Below are positions 12,346 through 25,854 of a stretch of DNA of 64,000 nt, in pieces. The DNA is from Eledone cirrhosa (Eukaryota), in NCBI GenBank assembly GCA_964016885.1, contig OZ024751.1:46190001-46254000 (forward strand), written 5' to 3'. The translations under genes were made by a program, and so were the position numbers. The notes beneath the pieces were generated by a model that saw only the letters and a program-made list of their open reading frames with translations, had not been told where the DNA came from and ran no database searches. Every line of letters starts with the position of its first letter. The stretch's first letter is position 1.

Positions 12346-13895
12346 ATGAAATACACAGTTCAGTTTGGTCTAGCTTGAGGATCCAGCCGGTTTATTTGGA
12401 GACGGCTGCTTCTGATAGGACATTCTGGAAGGAGTGTCTGAAGATTATGCTCCCATGGCACTCCCAGGAATAATAATGATAAGGAGGAGGAGGAGGAGGA
12501 AGAGAAGAAAAAGAAGAATTATTATTACTTATTATTTCATTGCTAAGATAATAATTTAAATTATTGTTCTTATATAAAATTATGTTGGAAGATTTAAATT
12601 TTAAATATATAGGAACTTTTTAAAATGGTGTGGTTTTGTTTCATAGAAGTAAAGCTGATTTTGGCTGGGCTGGGATCAAAAGAAGTGGATACAGCATGAC
12701 ATAGTGGTAAGGGTGTTGGACTTAGATTATAATATTGTGGGCTCAATTCCTGAACTGGGTTGTGTGTTGTGCTCTTCAGCAAAACACTTCATTTTACATT
12801 GTTCCAATATTCTCAGCTGAAAATGAATACCAGCAGTAACTGGGGGTTTAAGCCTGTGATGGACTGAAATCCTGTTAAGGGGCTCTCTTGTACTCTCAGT
12901 CAATTCACACCATGGAAACTGGGATAAGAACCAGTGTGATGAGACTCTGGGTTCGAGACAGACTTTAGACTTTTAGTATCAAAGAGTTAATCTTCTGTGC
13001 TTTCTTATACAAACAGAATCACCTACTAACCTGCTTCACACTTCTTTACACTTCAACATTGATAAATGGAATTTTTGCAGCAAGTCCATTGAATTGTGGA
13101 ATTGTTCGAATGTTAGTACATTCTCAACACCAACAGCTTACCAATATTAGTACTTTACATTACTAAAAGCTTTTTATTAGTACAATATCTTAGCTTACTA
13201 ATCAATATGGAAATATCCATTTAGTAGATTTTAGAAAAGTTTATTTGGGAACTTACAGCATGTATTTATTGTTCTAACAAAAGCCGAAGCTTGTCTGTTT
13301 GTCCTACAGGAACAACTGAAGAATTCTTTGCCTTCTATTTCCTATATGTTATGTAATATCAATTAAACCATTAAGAAACTATGTGTTCTTAAGAGGCTGT
13401 TTGTCTATGTATTTAAAATATAATAGAATTTCTCTCCCTGTCTATTTACACACACACACATATGTCTGTATGTGTGTATATGTATGTATGCATGTGTGTA
13501 TATGTATGTATGAATGTATATTCTGCCAGGAGTTGCGTTCTGAGTTCAAAGCCCGTCGAGGTTGGCTTTGCCTTTCATCCTTACGAGGTTGATAAAATAA
13601 AGTACCAGTAATGCACCGGGGTCGATTTAATCGACCCCCCCCCCCACTCCCTCATATTGTGTCTAAATCAGAAGCCATTATTTATAGTGATTTACTATTA
13701 TCAAGGTCATTTGCGTTGGGATGCACACATTATAATGTACCATTGCTGCTTAAATCAACCACATTTGAACAGGTGAAAGAGCATTAGAATATGTCAGACA
13801 ACTTTAATAAACAAAATCAGTGTCATACAATTTGTATGTACAAACAATGACTATATATATATGTGTGTGTGTGTGTATACACACGTATAAATATG

Positions 13896-13926
<31 letters not shown>

Positions 13927-15268
13927 ATACACACACGTATAAATATGTATATATATATATATATATATGTGCGTGTGTGTGTGTATAATGTATGCTGTAA
14001 ACTCTCCTGTGGTGTAAAGTGACTGCTGTTGGAAATACTTTATCTGGGGGGAAACAGGGAAAAGAGAGAAAGAGAAAGAGAAACTAAGGTGGAGTGAGAG
14101 AGAGAGAGAGAAATAAAGTGAGTGAAAGAGAGAGGGATGGGTGATAGGGGTAGGGGTAAAAACAGTAGTAAGAGAAGCAAGCAACTACATCAGAAGATAA
14201 CATAACCCCCCCCCCCTCTTTCTCTGCCCCAAAGGATTGTGGGTATTTCAGAAGTATATAAGTTCTTCTTTTTCTTCTTCTTGATGGTAGAGAAATATGT
14301 TAGAAATAGAATCCAGGAATCTCTACTAATGAATGTTTACTTTACTTAATTCCTTCCTTTTAAATGGTGGCGGCGGTGGTGGTGGTGGCGGAGGTGGTGG
14401 TAGTGGTGGTGGTGGGAGTGGCGGCAGTGGTAGATGTGGTAGTGGTAACGGTGGTGGTGTGGTAGCAGTGGTGGTGGTAGTGGTGGTGGTGGTGGGGGCG
14501 GGGGGAGCAGTGGTTGTAGTGGTGGTGGTAATGGTGGTGATAATGCAGTTGTGGTAGTAGTGTTGTTGTTGTTGGTGGTGGTGTAGTGGTGGCACTGGAT
14601 ATATTACATGCAGAAAAATGAAGAATAGAAGCAAGGAAAAATGAAATAAAAAAGCGAGCAGTTGGAAAAGTGATGAAAAAAACTGAAGAGGACCAAAACA
14701 AAAATCCCCACCAAAATTTAAAAGAAAAACAATAACAAAAACAACTTTAAACTCTTTTAACCCTTCTGCTGACAAAGCTGAAAACAATTATTAATCAACG
14801 AAAGAAATCCTAGAGTTCCCTCCCTTAGCACTTTTGACAATAATTTTCAATGACAATTTATTTTTCTTCACTTTACAGTTAAAAATATACAATTTATTCA
14901 CAACATAGAGAATTAGTCTCGAAATGGCTGAGAGAGAGAGATGTTTAGAATTTTCTTCAGGGCTTGATTGTCAAGCAAAGTTAGTTGTTTGTTTTTGTGA
15001 GTGTAAACAATTCTAAAATTACTCAACAGGACATGAAATATTCCTGGAAGAAAAGAGCAAAGATTAGAACACGAAATTTTATTTTATTCTTAGTTTTTGT
15101 CTTACATAATAAAACCCTATCAAATTTACCATGCCGCAAATTGACCTGACTTTTTTTCCAGCCTAATATATTTGTGTATGTATATACATACATACACATG
15201 CACACATACATACATACATATATATATATTGTATATATATATATATGTGTGTATATATATATATATAT

Positions 15269-15455
15269 ATAGGAAAAGGTATGACCCCGACGGCAGAGCG
15301 CAAGCTGTTTCAACAGCTATTTTTGGACTAGTCGAAATGGCTTGAGTTCTGCCGTCGGGGTCATACTTTTTCCTATTACCCACTCTACTACCCTAAATAT
15401 TGAGTACTCTGGTGCGTTATGGTCCATCTGGTTCCTTACCACATCTCCTTCGTTA
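15269..15455. mobile_element. Palindromic mini-insertion of PLE family A in (TA)n
   Basis: Both arms match the 3' end of the element at 19522-21668. Short arm ends ttcctat; long arm has an extra ~80-nt tail. Confidence 0.88.
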
Positions 15456-15864
15456 TATATATATAGATGTGTGTATATGTATATGCATACATATATATAT
15501 ATATTTCATTTCATTTCATTTCATTTTACATCCGCTTTTTCCCTGCTTGCAAGGGTGGGACGGGAACTGATTCTGGCTTGATTTCTACAGCCGGATGCCC
15601 TTCCTAACACCAACCTCATTTACAGTGAGTACTGGGTGCTTTTTTGCCGTGGCACCTCCACGACCACTTTGCAGTGGAATGATAGGGACCCCAGTCCCTA
15701 TCATCTCATTTCTACAGCTGAGTAAACTGGAGCAATGTGAAATAAAGTGTCTTGCTCAAGGAAACAACACATCACCTGGTCCGAGGATCGAACTCACAAC
15801 CTTTCAATTGCAAGGCCAATGCTCTAACCACTAAGCTATATACCTTCATATATATATACATATA

Positions 15865-15893
<29 letters not shown>

Positions 15894-15901
<8 letters not shown>

Positions 15902-15996
15902 ACATTGAGATTGACCATACGGAATTGACCAGCTCTATCCAGAGCTCTATCATAGAGCTGGTCAATTCCGTATGGTCAATCTCAATGTAATAATAT
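15894..15996. repeat. Perfect ~53-bp-arm palindrome abutting (TA)n
   Basis: atattattacattgagattgaccatacggaattgaccagctctat followed by its reverse complement. Confidence 0.9.
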
Positions 15997-16066
15997 GGAG
16001 AGTACTCAACGTAAAGCAGTTTAACCATCTTTGTTTTTGTAGTTGGTGGTGCGAGTACGGAGTTAA

Positions 16067-16380
16067 ATATTATAATGAAATGACAGGAGGCTGGACTTGT
16101 GTAAATCCTTGAAAGGTTTATTATACTATGATCATTTCAATGACCGGGTTCCGTATGAATCCGGTGATATCATCAGGTATTCGAAATGCTGGATGGTGGT
16201 CGTCCTCGGGTCTTTGATTTTCAGCCCCATGGATTTTATCTATTACATTCACTTATTATATTTCGAATACCTGATGATATCACCGGATTCATACGGAACC
16301 CGGTCATTGAAATGATCATAGAATAATAAACCTTTCAAGGATTTACACAAGTCCAGCCTCCTGTCATTTCATTATAATAT
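16067..16380. mobile_element. Inverted pair of PLE-type 3' ends (~120-bp arms), each carrying a hammerhead
   Basis: Arms 16067-16187 / 16260-16380. CTGATGA (16271)..accgg/ccggt..GAAA tgatca TA on +, with the mirror copy at 16123-16180 on -. Confidence 0.85.
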
Positions 16381-16589
16381 ATCTATATATATACAGTATT
16401 TTCCGTAGTGTTGTAATATAAATATTACACACAGTAGATGGACAGATCACCTAGAGTTTGCTCGACGGTTCCAGTTGTAGTTCCAAAATATATATATATG
16501 TATATGTATATATATGTATATACATGTATATATATATAGGAAAGTGCTAAGTCTACATATAGACATAGCACTTTCCTATCATGTTACCT

Positions 16590-16659
16590 TATTTTATCTG
16601 ATGAGAACACAATTTTTGTCCCAGGATGATTTTGTATTCAAAATGCGCATAATAAAATA
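16590..16659 (+). ncRNA. Hammerhead motif, GAAA mutated to AAAA
   Basis: tattttat CTGATGA gaacacaa..ttgtattc AAAA tgcgca TA ataaaata; sister of the intact copy at 38948-39014. Confidence 0.7.
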
Positions 16660-16789
16660 TATGGAACTCTTTTAACCATCATTTAATTTCTTTTATTATT
16701 ATATATATGTATATGTATGTATATATATGTATATAATGTATATATGTATATATATATATATATGTATATATGTGTATATATATGTATAC

Positions 16790-16827
<38 letters not shown>

Positions 16828-16856
16828 TTATATATATGTATATATATATGTATATG

Positions 16857-16918
<62 letters not shown>

Positions 16919-17699
16919 TAAATATATATACATATATATATATCTATGTATGTATATATATGATAAGGAGAGATTATTTTTCTTTTTGGTGAATGGTAAA
17001 GAGTTAAGAACAAATGGTAGCAGTGGTTGGATGGTGATGGTGGAGGTGGTGGTGGCAGCAGTGGTCGTGGTAGTGGTGGTAGTAGTGTTGGTGGTTATGG
17101 TGTTGTGTAATGTTCATTGTGTATGTGTGTTCGTCATGAACATTTACTGTCTGATGACATTAATTTTGAGTAATTAAGACATTATTGGTGTTGGTGATTG
17201 TGGTGGTGAGTTCCTTGTCAGATATTATCTCTTAAAAGTATTATGCCTCCCCTCAACTCCACACTAACACCATACCACCACCACCACCACTACCACACCA
17301 CTACTATCACCACCACCATACCACCATCACATCACCACTACCATCACACCACCACCACCACCACCATACCACCACAACCATACCATTACCACCATCACCC
17401 CCCTCTCAATATCACACTACTATGTCTGTCTGTGTTATCAGATTAGTACCCAATCTAGAAGTAGAAAGAGAACATTCAGATGGTCTTTTCAGTCAACAGC
17501 CTGTTCGTATTTCTATTTTATCATAGAAACACTCTACATTCTCTCTTTCTCACACACTCTCTCTCACACACAAACTCTCTCTCTCTCTCTGGTACTATTG
17601 AAGTGAGTGACAGACTTTTATTTAATTCTACCTTTCAATATACAGCTGTTGAATACCTTGTCATATGATGTTTGCTCTTACTAAAACTTTCAAGTTATC

Positions 17700-17925
17700 T
17701 GTTGTGGATTATTGAGTTATTCATGTAATCTGTTGTAGGTTTCTGAGCTGTTCATGTCATCTGTTGTAGGTTTCTGAGCTGTTCATGTCATTTGTTGTGG
17801 ATTACTGAGCTATTCATGTCATCTGTTGTGGGTTTCTGAGCTGTTCATGTCATCTGTTGTCGGTGTCTGAGATGTTCATGTCATCTGTTGTCTGTTACTA
17901 AAACTTTCATGTCATCTGTTGTGAC
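17700..17925. repeat. 31-bp minisatellite, ~7 copies
   Basis: Unit catgtcatctgttgtaggtttctgagctgtt. Confidence 0.85.
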
Positions 17926-18261
17926 ATTTACTCAGTCTTCAATCTAAGATATTGAGTAAGTAAATCAATTACCCCCCTCCCCCTCTTGTATAACTTAAGT
18001 AATAATTGTTTCTACTTTTGGCACAAGGCCAGCAATTACCCAGTACATTACTGGTACTTTATTTTATTGACCCCGTAAGGATGAAAGGCAAAGTTGACCT
18101 CGGCAGGATTTGAACTCAGAATGGCAAGGACCATAACTCTATGCCTCAAAGCATGGCATCCGACCCTGCAAAGTTAATCTTGGCAGGAGTTGAAATCAGA
18201 ACATAAGGGACTCTATGCTGGAAAGCATATTGTCTGACATTCTACCGATACAGCCACTCCA

Positions 18262-18487
18262 CTGCTCTTTGATCTTGAACTCTAATATCAGATATTGCTG
18301 ACCAAATATAACAATAACCCCTCCCCTCCTGTATAGCTTTATGACCTTGAACTCTAATATCAGATATTGCTGACCAAGTATAACAATACCCCCCTCCCCA
18401 CCTCCTGTACAGCTTTATGACCTTGAACTCTAATATCAAATATTGCTGACCAAGTATAACAATACCCCCCCCCCCCACCTCCTGTAT
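18262..18487. repeat. ~75-bp tandem repeat, 3 copies
   Basis: Recurring cttgaactctaatatcagatattgctgaccaagtataacaatacccc. Confidence 0.85.
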
Positions 18488-19148
18488 TATAATATGTTAT
18501 CAAGATTATCTTACAGAAATGAATTTTTATTTTATCTTTTTTGCACTTTTAACTTCTTTCTTTGAATGAATTCAAGGAGAAATTCATTCATTTTACATAA
18601 ATGAGTTCAATTAAAATAACTGGGTTTTCGCATAAATCTCTATATCTACCCCCCCCCCCCCCCCATATATTCTCCCCATACTCTTGTCCCTCACTTTCTC
18701 TCTCCCTCTCTCTCTATCTTTCTTCTTGTTATTACTCTTTTTTATCTCTATCTTGTCCCCCACTTTCTCTCTCCTTCTATCTCTCTCTCTTTGGTCTTTC
18801 TCTCACTTATTATTGCTCTTTTTCATCTCTCTATCTTGTTCCTCTCTTTCTCTCTCTATCCGCCTCTCTGTCTCTCTCTCACTCTCTTAGACTCCCGCTC
18901 AAAAATCCACTACTACCACCACCACCATCACCATCATGAATCTCTAGTCATCCCTTCCTTTATTGTTTCCAATTATCTTTAGACTTGTTGTCAGTAGATT
19001 TAAACATAAGGTCAGGTCATACTGTGTCAGGTCAGGTCAATGGCCCAAATAGTATGTCACCTCTAAGTAACAATCCAATGTTTAAATTGCATGGATTTAA
19101 AGTGCATGTACACAAAAACACATGTATGTGCATATACACATACATATG

Positions 19149-19188
<40 letters not shown>

Positions 19189-19363
19189 ATTAGAAAGTAA
19201 ACAACACAATATAACTACTCTATTACCAAAGGTTTCAGGACCCTAGACAATATTAACATAAGTGTAGCTCGCTCAACATGAATGGACCTGTTATTTTTAT
19301 CTAAAGACATTTTTTCCAATTCCATCCAGCCTGTCCCCTCAATCTATTTTATTTCTCATTCTT

Positions 19364-19399
19364 TCTTCTGATGAAGGACTAGCGTCCGAAACGTTAAGA
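19364..19399 (+). ncRNA. Minimal type I hammerhead
   Basis: tctt CTGATGA aggac tagc gtcc GAAA cg TT aaga. Related, weaker copy on - at 44338-44376. Confidence 0.8.
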
Positions 19400-19488
19400 C
19401 CCTCTTCTTGCTATATCAAGCGTTAACCTAATATATACCTTCCATATACTGTACCGATTGTGTTGTTATTTCTGTTTACTTTTTACAT

Positions 19489-19523
<35 letters not shown>

Positions 19524-20019
19524 ACAAAGGAAATGTGGTAAGGAACCAGGTGGACCATAACGCACCAAAGTACTCAATACTTGAGGTAGTAGAGTGGGTA
19601 ATAGGAACCAGTAAGACCCCGACAGCTGAGCTCAAGCCGTTTCGACGGCTAATTCTGGACTAAATGAAAATTTATCCTGGTATTTAAATAGCCGATCTTC
19701 TCAAGGGGTAATTCCATATATGGTCAAAGTGATTGTCAAAAATCAGTAGTAATTCTGTGGTTGCAAAATAGTAGGGGAGATGGTGGCTAAACCTGCCAGT
19801 AGGAGAAAGAGGGGAGGGGGTGGAGTAGCCCCAATCAAGCGTTTGTAGTGCCAGCTACAGCTGGGCATGAGGTCAAAGAAGATACAGGGGAGGGGGAGGG
19901 GGAGGAAGTCGGAACGGTAGGTAGAACAATGGGGGGTAGAAGTATATAGGAAAGAAAAAATACTGAGAGTGAAGAAAAGCAAATAAGTGTAAAGAAAAAC
20001 AAATGAGTGTAAAGAAAAA

Positions 20020-20422
20020 TAGATGCAGAGACCGTAATGTGATCTACCAGTGCAACGTGAGGACGGATACCTCCAACAAAGCCTATATAGGACTTACCGC
20101 ATGTGACTTCAAGACCCGGCTATACCAACATAGACATACCTTCCGAAACCCGGCCCGGCGTCACGCCACTACACTTTCGGGCCACATATGGGACCTCAAG
20201 GACAACAACATCACCTATGATCTCACTTGGAGATTACTGTCCAGAGCCAATTCTTACACGGGAGGACGCCGTCCGTGCAATTTATGCTCGGAGGAAACTT
20301 TACAAATGCTGTTTTCGACGGACCAACTCCTAAACAAGAAAGATGAACTGGTTACTGCATGTAAACATAGATTGCGTAGGACTTACCTCGCCCTCAAACC
20401 CCATAATGACCCGGGGGGGTAG
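20020..20422 (+). pseudogene. GIY-YIG endonuclease C-terminal fragment
   Basis: NVIYQC..AYIGLT..FKTRLYQH..TTLSGHIW..CNLCSEE..LLNKKDEL..CKH. The ATG at 20003 derives from the inverted arm. Confidence 0.9.
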
Positions 20423-21559
20423 ACTAGGGCTATAACACCCCACTTGCCGATTTTGCAATGGGTAACCCCTGCTTGCCAAGGGAGACGTAAGATCTTCTTT
20501 GTATTCTTTTATCGCTTCCTTTATTTCCTTCCTTCCCCCCTCTCTCCTTAGTCCTTCTACCCCAGCTCTTCTCCCTTGTCGGCGTCTTTTCTCGCCCACT
20601 CGAGGCTGCCCTTTGGCCCCTTGTAGCCTTAGTACCCCCACCCCCTCCCCTAGTCTAGGATAGATTTGGCGGACTCCGCCCTTTATAGCAGTTGGTTTAG
20701 ACCCCGGATACTTGTCCCCTTTTTCCGACCGCTCCCACTATTCTCTGTGCCCTCTATATTTCTTAGTGGCACTTATGCCTTATTTTTTCGTTTCAGTATT
20801 TCTTTCTTCGCTTTTCTTTTGGGCGGGGTGGATTCTGAATTTATTCTTCCGTATTCTACCTTTACTTCGTACAAACTTTCATGTAGCTTGTTTTAGATCT
20901 TTGAGAGTTAGCATTAGTATTTATTTTTCGGGACTCAGAATTATTATCTCGTATTAGTTCACTTTGCTGCACTGGGTGGTTGCTGGAATTGTGCCCGGGA
21001 TGGAAACCTTTATTGTTTATTTCGTGGTAGTCTCTTTAGTATTTTTGCCCCTTTTGTTGACCCGTCACCGTATCATTTACGTACTTATACCTCTTAAAAG
21101 GGTCCTCGCCTATTTCGTCCCACCTAGTTCTTTTACTTATTTCGTTATTTCTTTATTTATTTCTTTACCTCTTTCTTTCTTTATTTATTTATTTATTCTA
21201 GACTAACAATAGCTAGAGACCTAGGTCGTAGAATTTAATTTACTTTACTTTTTTCTTTACACTCATTTGTTTTTCTTTACACTTATTTGCTTTTCTTCAC
21301 TCTCAGTATTTTTTCTTTCCTATATACTTCTACCCCCCATTGTTCTACCTACCGTTCCGACTTCCTCCCCCTCCCCCTCCCCTGTATCTTCTTTGACCTC
21401 ATGCCCAGCTGTAGCTGGCACTACAAACGCTTGATTGGGGCTACTCCACCCCCTCCCCTCTTTCTCCTACTGGCAGGTTTAGCCACCATCTCCCCTACTA
21501 TTTTGCAACCACAGAATTACTACTGATTTTTGACAATCACTTTGACCATATATGGAATT

Positions 21560-21653
21560 ACCCCTTGAGAAGATCGGCTATTTAAATACCAGGATAAATT
21601 TTCACTTAGTCCAGAATTAGCCGTCGAAACGGCTTGAGCTCAGCTGTCGGGGT
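21560..21653 (+). ncRNA. Type I hammerhead ribozyme with U3:A8 variant core (mirror copy 19616-19709 on -)
   Basis: acccc TTGAGAA ga(t)cggcta [~37 nt] tagccgtc GAAA cggct-tgagctc-agctg TC ggggt. All three stems pair; GUC cleavage triplet at 21646-21648. Confidence 0.8.
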
Positions 21654-21663
21654 CTTACTGGTT

Positions 21664-21706
<43 letters not shown>

Positions 21707-22549
21707 TCGTTTTTTTTTTGTGTGTGTCTTTACTGGACCTTCTTTCTGTTTCTCCATTGTGATCCTGTCTCTATTTGTACTCCTGGAGAAGGGCTTAAGC
21801 CCGACATGTCGAAATTTCTTTCCTCTTTCCAATATAAAGCATGAATCTTTTAATAAGAATTTTTGTACCTCTGTTTGTTGTCATAGGTGGTGTTAAAACA
21901 TTGGATAGAAGGATTTGTCGTATTCATTTCAGCTGTCTGCTCTCTGAGTTCAAATCCCACCTAGGTCAACTTTGCCTTTCATCCATTTGAGGTTGATAAA
22001 AAAGTACCAATCTAGTATTGGGGACGATTCTTCCTCGATATCTCTTTCTCGCTTTCTCTATCACTCTCTCTCTCTCTCTCTCTCTCTCTCGACCCTTCTC
22101 TGGGAGAAATCTGTTGTATTCAGATCTGGAGAGAAGATGGGCTCTGCCAGATTTTAAAACGTCAAAGATATGCCATAAGTCAATATGGCGTACCTAAGAC
22201 TCTCTCAGGAGTTACAAGGACCATGCATATATATATATATATATATAATAATAGGATATATATATCGTAGGAGAGGAGGAGATAGAGAGCTACAGAGAGG
22301 TGCGATACAGATTACTAAACACCTAGCGACTCCTTCATTTATTCACTTGCTTATATATATATCATCATCATCATTGTTTACATCTATCTTCCACGCTTGC
22401 ATGGGTTAGACGGTTTTGTTCCATTTGATGCAGGATTGGTCGGGAGCGTGTCTCACTTGTAATCTTTTAAAATTAGCACCAAGGCAATAAAAAAACATAT
22501 GTAGACTGTGTCAAGTATGTATGCATGTATGTATATATGTATGTATGTC

Positions 22550-23158
22550 AGGTCACCAGTTGGTGCTACTGGTAACATGTATCCCAATACAACCTGTCTC
22601 ATGGTTGGATCGTTGGCGACTAAACTGGCAACCCCACCAAGGTTTCTTGGTGAGGAGGGTGACTTTGGACATCCTGCAGGACTAAAAACAAAACCTGTCA
22701 AAGGGCAAAGGAGCTCTTAAGAGTCAATGGCCATCCAAAATCACCGGGAGAGATGACCCCTTAGCCTTTGTCAAGGCAGAATTCTAGGAGAAGGAAAACT
22801 CTGATATAACACCTGCAACCCTGATGGTATCCAATGATGTTGACTTGTTCTTCTTTTTGGTAAATATCATCTTGGTTAAGAGAGTGGGACTGGCTTTGTG
22901 CAGTGCCTTTGCTCACTATAAAAGCTTCACGGCACAGGCATTGCTTTATATCTGGAGATCTCTCTGCACTTGTCGTCACATGGTACCATGGGCCCAGCAC
23001 TATGTGTCAATAATTGTCACAAGTGTAGTGTTTGTACGAGTGTTTTCAAGTCACTGGCTGGACTAAAAAGTCACACTTGTTCAGCGCATCGGAAAGGGGT
23101 TCTCCAACATGGATATAAAGTAGTGGCCGTACTCGAAAACGAGTTGGCAGCCACCATG

Positions 23159-23160
<2 letters not shown>
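22550..23160 (+). mobile_element. Internally deleted RTE-like element (5' UTR-like part fused to C-terminal C2H2 finger and 3' end)
   Basis: CSVCTSVFKSLAGLKSH..H motif. The 3' end tggccgtactcgaaaacgag..gcagccaccat recurs at 23588-23621; followed by (TATG)n. Confidence 0.55.
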
Positions 23161-23192
<32 letters not shown>

Positions 23193-23289
23193 TGTATGTA
23201 TGTATACATGTATGTATGTATGTATGTATGTATGCATGAATGTATATATGTATGTATATATGTACGTATGTATGTATCTATGTATATAT

Positions 23290-23522
23290 AATAATAATAA
23301 TAATGAAATTATTGTGTACAGTGCTCAGGTGCACTACAACTCATCAAAGGTGCATGTATAGTACATAGAATAATGTACAAATGTCAGGAAAATGAACAGT
23401 GTATGAGTCATGATATAATAACAATAACAATAATGAAATATTGTGTACAGTGCCCAGGTGCACCACAACTCATCAAAAAAGTGCATGAACAGTACATAGG
23501 GCAATGCACAAACATCAGTAAA
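23290..23522 (-). mobile_element. Two tandem CR1 3'-end fragments
   Basis: Reverse complement of the CR1 3' UTR at 11375-11466. Confidence 0.8.
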
Positions 23523-23877
23523 ATGATATATGTATGTATATTATTATTGTTGTTGTTGTCGTTATTATTATTTTTTTCTCGTGCAATGGCCATACTCGAT
23601 AACGAGGGGGCAGCCATCATATATGTATATATATATGTATGTATGTATGTATAAATACGTTTATTTGAGCATATATAAATATGCATATGTGCCTACAGAG
23701 ACTTGCTGACACCCTCCAGACATACACACCAACCGACACCACATGTCAAACTAACTAGTTACTGGAATGTAGATGAACATCAACTCAGATAAGGACGGTA
23801 TCCAATAAATAAACAAACTTTATTGTTCTCTCTATATTCAACATAAATTACTCTCATTAGTAATGTTCAAGTCATCC

Positions 23878-23925
<48 letters not shown>

Positions 23926-24108
23926 ATATATCTATCTAGCTCTCTCTATATATATATGTATACAAACAAACACACACACACATATATATATATGTATATA
24001 TACACATATGCATACATACATACATATATACACATGTATATGTGTGTGTGTGACTCTGTATGTATCACTCTCTTCCATTGTATATGTATGTACATATGTA
24101 TGTATGTA

Positions 24109-24217
<109 letters not shown>

Positions 24218-24750
24218 CTCCAGTTTACTCAGCTGTAGAAATGAGATGATAGGACTGGGGTCCCTATCATTCCACTGCAAAGTGGTCGTGGAGGAGCCAC
24301 GGCAAAAAAGCACCCAGCCCTCACTGTAAATGAGGTTGGTGTTAGGAAGGGCATCCAGCTGTAGAAATCAAGCCAGAATCAGTTCCCGTCCCACCCTTGC
24401 AAGCAGGGAAAAGCGGACGTAAAATGATGATGATGATATATATATATATACATATATATATATCACTTGTTTGTCTTTCATTATTGCTGCTCTATAATCA
24501 GACACAGCTTTAGTAGTGAATATAATGAATAATTTAGTTAGCCTTTTAATACTCCATGAATCAAATATATTAACACTAAACTTACCTATTGTTTTTCTAT
24601 GCAGATGCTGTCTCTGAGTTATTTCATTTCTAAGCAATTGTTTCTATCATTCTTGCACCAACAAATATAGAATTACTAAGTAGATATACAACATCTGTTT
24701 GTTCAGTGACTCCTTCCTCTCTACTTCAGCGAGTACTATAATATCTTTAT

Positions 24751-24792
24751 TTTTACTGATGAAGTTAGCATAAGACTGAAACATGTCCAGAA
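24751..24792 (+). ncRNA. Minimal hammerhead motif
   Basis: CTGATGA agtt-agcataa-gact GAAA catg TC; stem I partly mismatched. Confidence 0.6.
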
Positions 24793-25793
24793 TTGTCTCC
24801 AGCAATTGCAGAAAAAATTAAAAATATTTATATATATTTATATTATTCATTGTTTTTTTTTCACTGCATAAATTTTTATCTGCCTGTCTGCCCACCTGGT
24901 TCTCTGACAGCCCATTTGTTTACCTCTCTACCTGTTTACATGTCTACCCTTCCACCTGCCAACCTGTCTACCCACCCACCTGTCTATCTACGCACCTATC
25001 TACCTACCCACCTGGAAAATGGATGTAAAATGGTGATGATGATGATGATGATGATAAAATATTGAGTTTGAAAGGTGTGCATCCTAATGCAAATGACCAT
25101 AATAATTGTTTCTACTTTTGGCACAAGGCCAGCAATCATCCCAGTGTATTACTGGTACTTTATTTTATCGACCCCTTAAGGATGAAAGGCAAAGTTAACA
25201 TCTCCATCCACTTGTGTCTTTAAGGGTACTTTACCCAATTTTCTCAACTATTATTTATAGTGAGTGACTGTTATTAGGATCATTTGCATAAGGATGCCCT
25301 CATTTCAAATTTTCCCAATGTTTTTTAATCCTTACCATTTACATTACTCTATATTTACTATTATATTTTCATGGTAAAGGCTTTATCTCACATAATATCA
25401 AATCTATGAGATTTTGATGTTATTTATTTTGAGCACAATACCTTAACACCCATATGAACGGCTGGTTATGGCTGGTTTGGACAGAAAAAGGTGAGAGAGT
25501 TATGGCTGGTTTGAACAGAAAGAGGTGAGAGAATTCAGGCCGGTTATGGCCAGTTTAAATACTAAAGGGTTAAGTCTACAGCTTAGTTTAAAATATTGAG
25601 TATTATGAAGTGAAGGAACCAAGCTACCAACATATCTTTATACTGAGCCAGAAAATACTTCATACTTTTTTTTATATATATCTGGGTTAATGTACTGTTA
25701 AATTATTAAGATTTGTTGTTTTTTAACAAGGGATAGGTTTACAAGCCAAGTAGTGTGTGAGTGTGAGTGTGTGTGTACGTGAATGTGTATATA

Positions 25794-25850
<57 letters not shown>

Positions 25851-25854
<4 letters not shown>

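Larger units (their letters stand above)
19522..21668 (+). mobile_element. PLE family A: 5'-truncated element preceded by an inverted copy of its own 3' end
   Basis: 419-bp inverted repeat 19601-20019 / 21250-21668 (one mismatch noticed), GIY-YIG fragment, long pyrimidine-rich 3' UTR, (TA)n on both sides. Confidence 0.93.

Noticed and set aside
13031-13140. Selenocysteine read-through exon joining the 7913 acceptor
   Set aside because: The frame has an in-frame TGA but is also blocked by TAA upstream, and has no good acceptor or visible SECIS.
14333-14701. Gly-rich, Pro-rich and His-rich ORFs
   Set aside because: Translations of (GGT)n-type microsatellite; the same applies to the YIYI/CVCV ORFs throughout the window.
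19522-21668. DNA transposon with long TIRs encoding a stand-alone nuclease
   Set aside because: The arms are unequal (one has an extra tail), the ORF is 5'-truncated exactly at the arm junction, and a hammerhead is present. This fits PLE inverted pseudo-LTR structure better.
21783-21815. Additional hammerheads (also 5995-6030 on - and 45165-45215)
   Set aside because: Cores too degenerate to call as features; at most decayed remnants.
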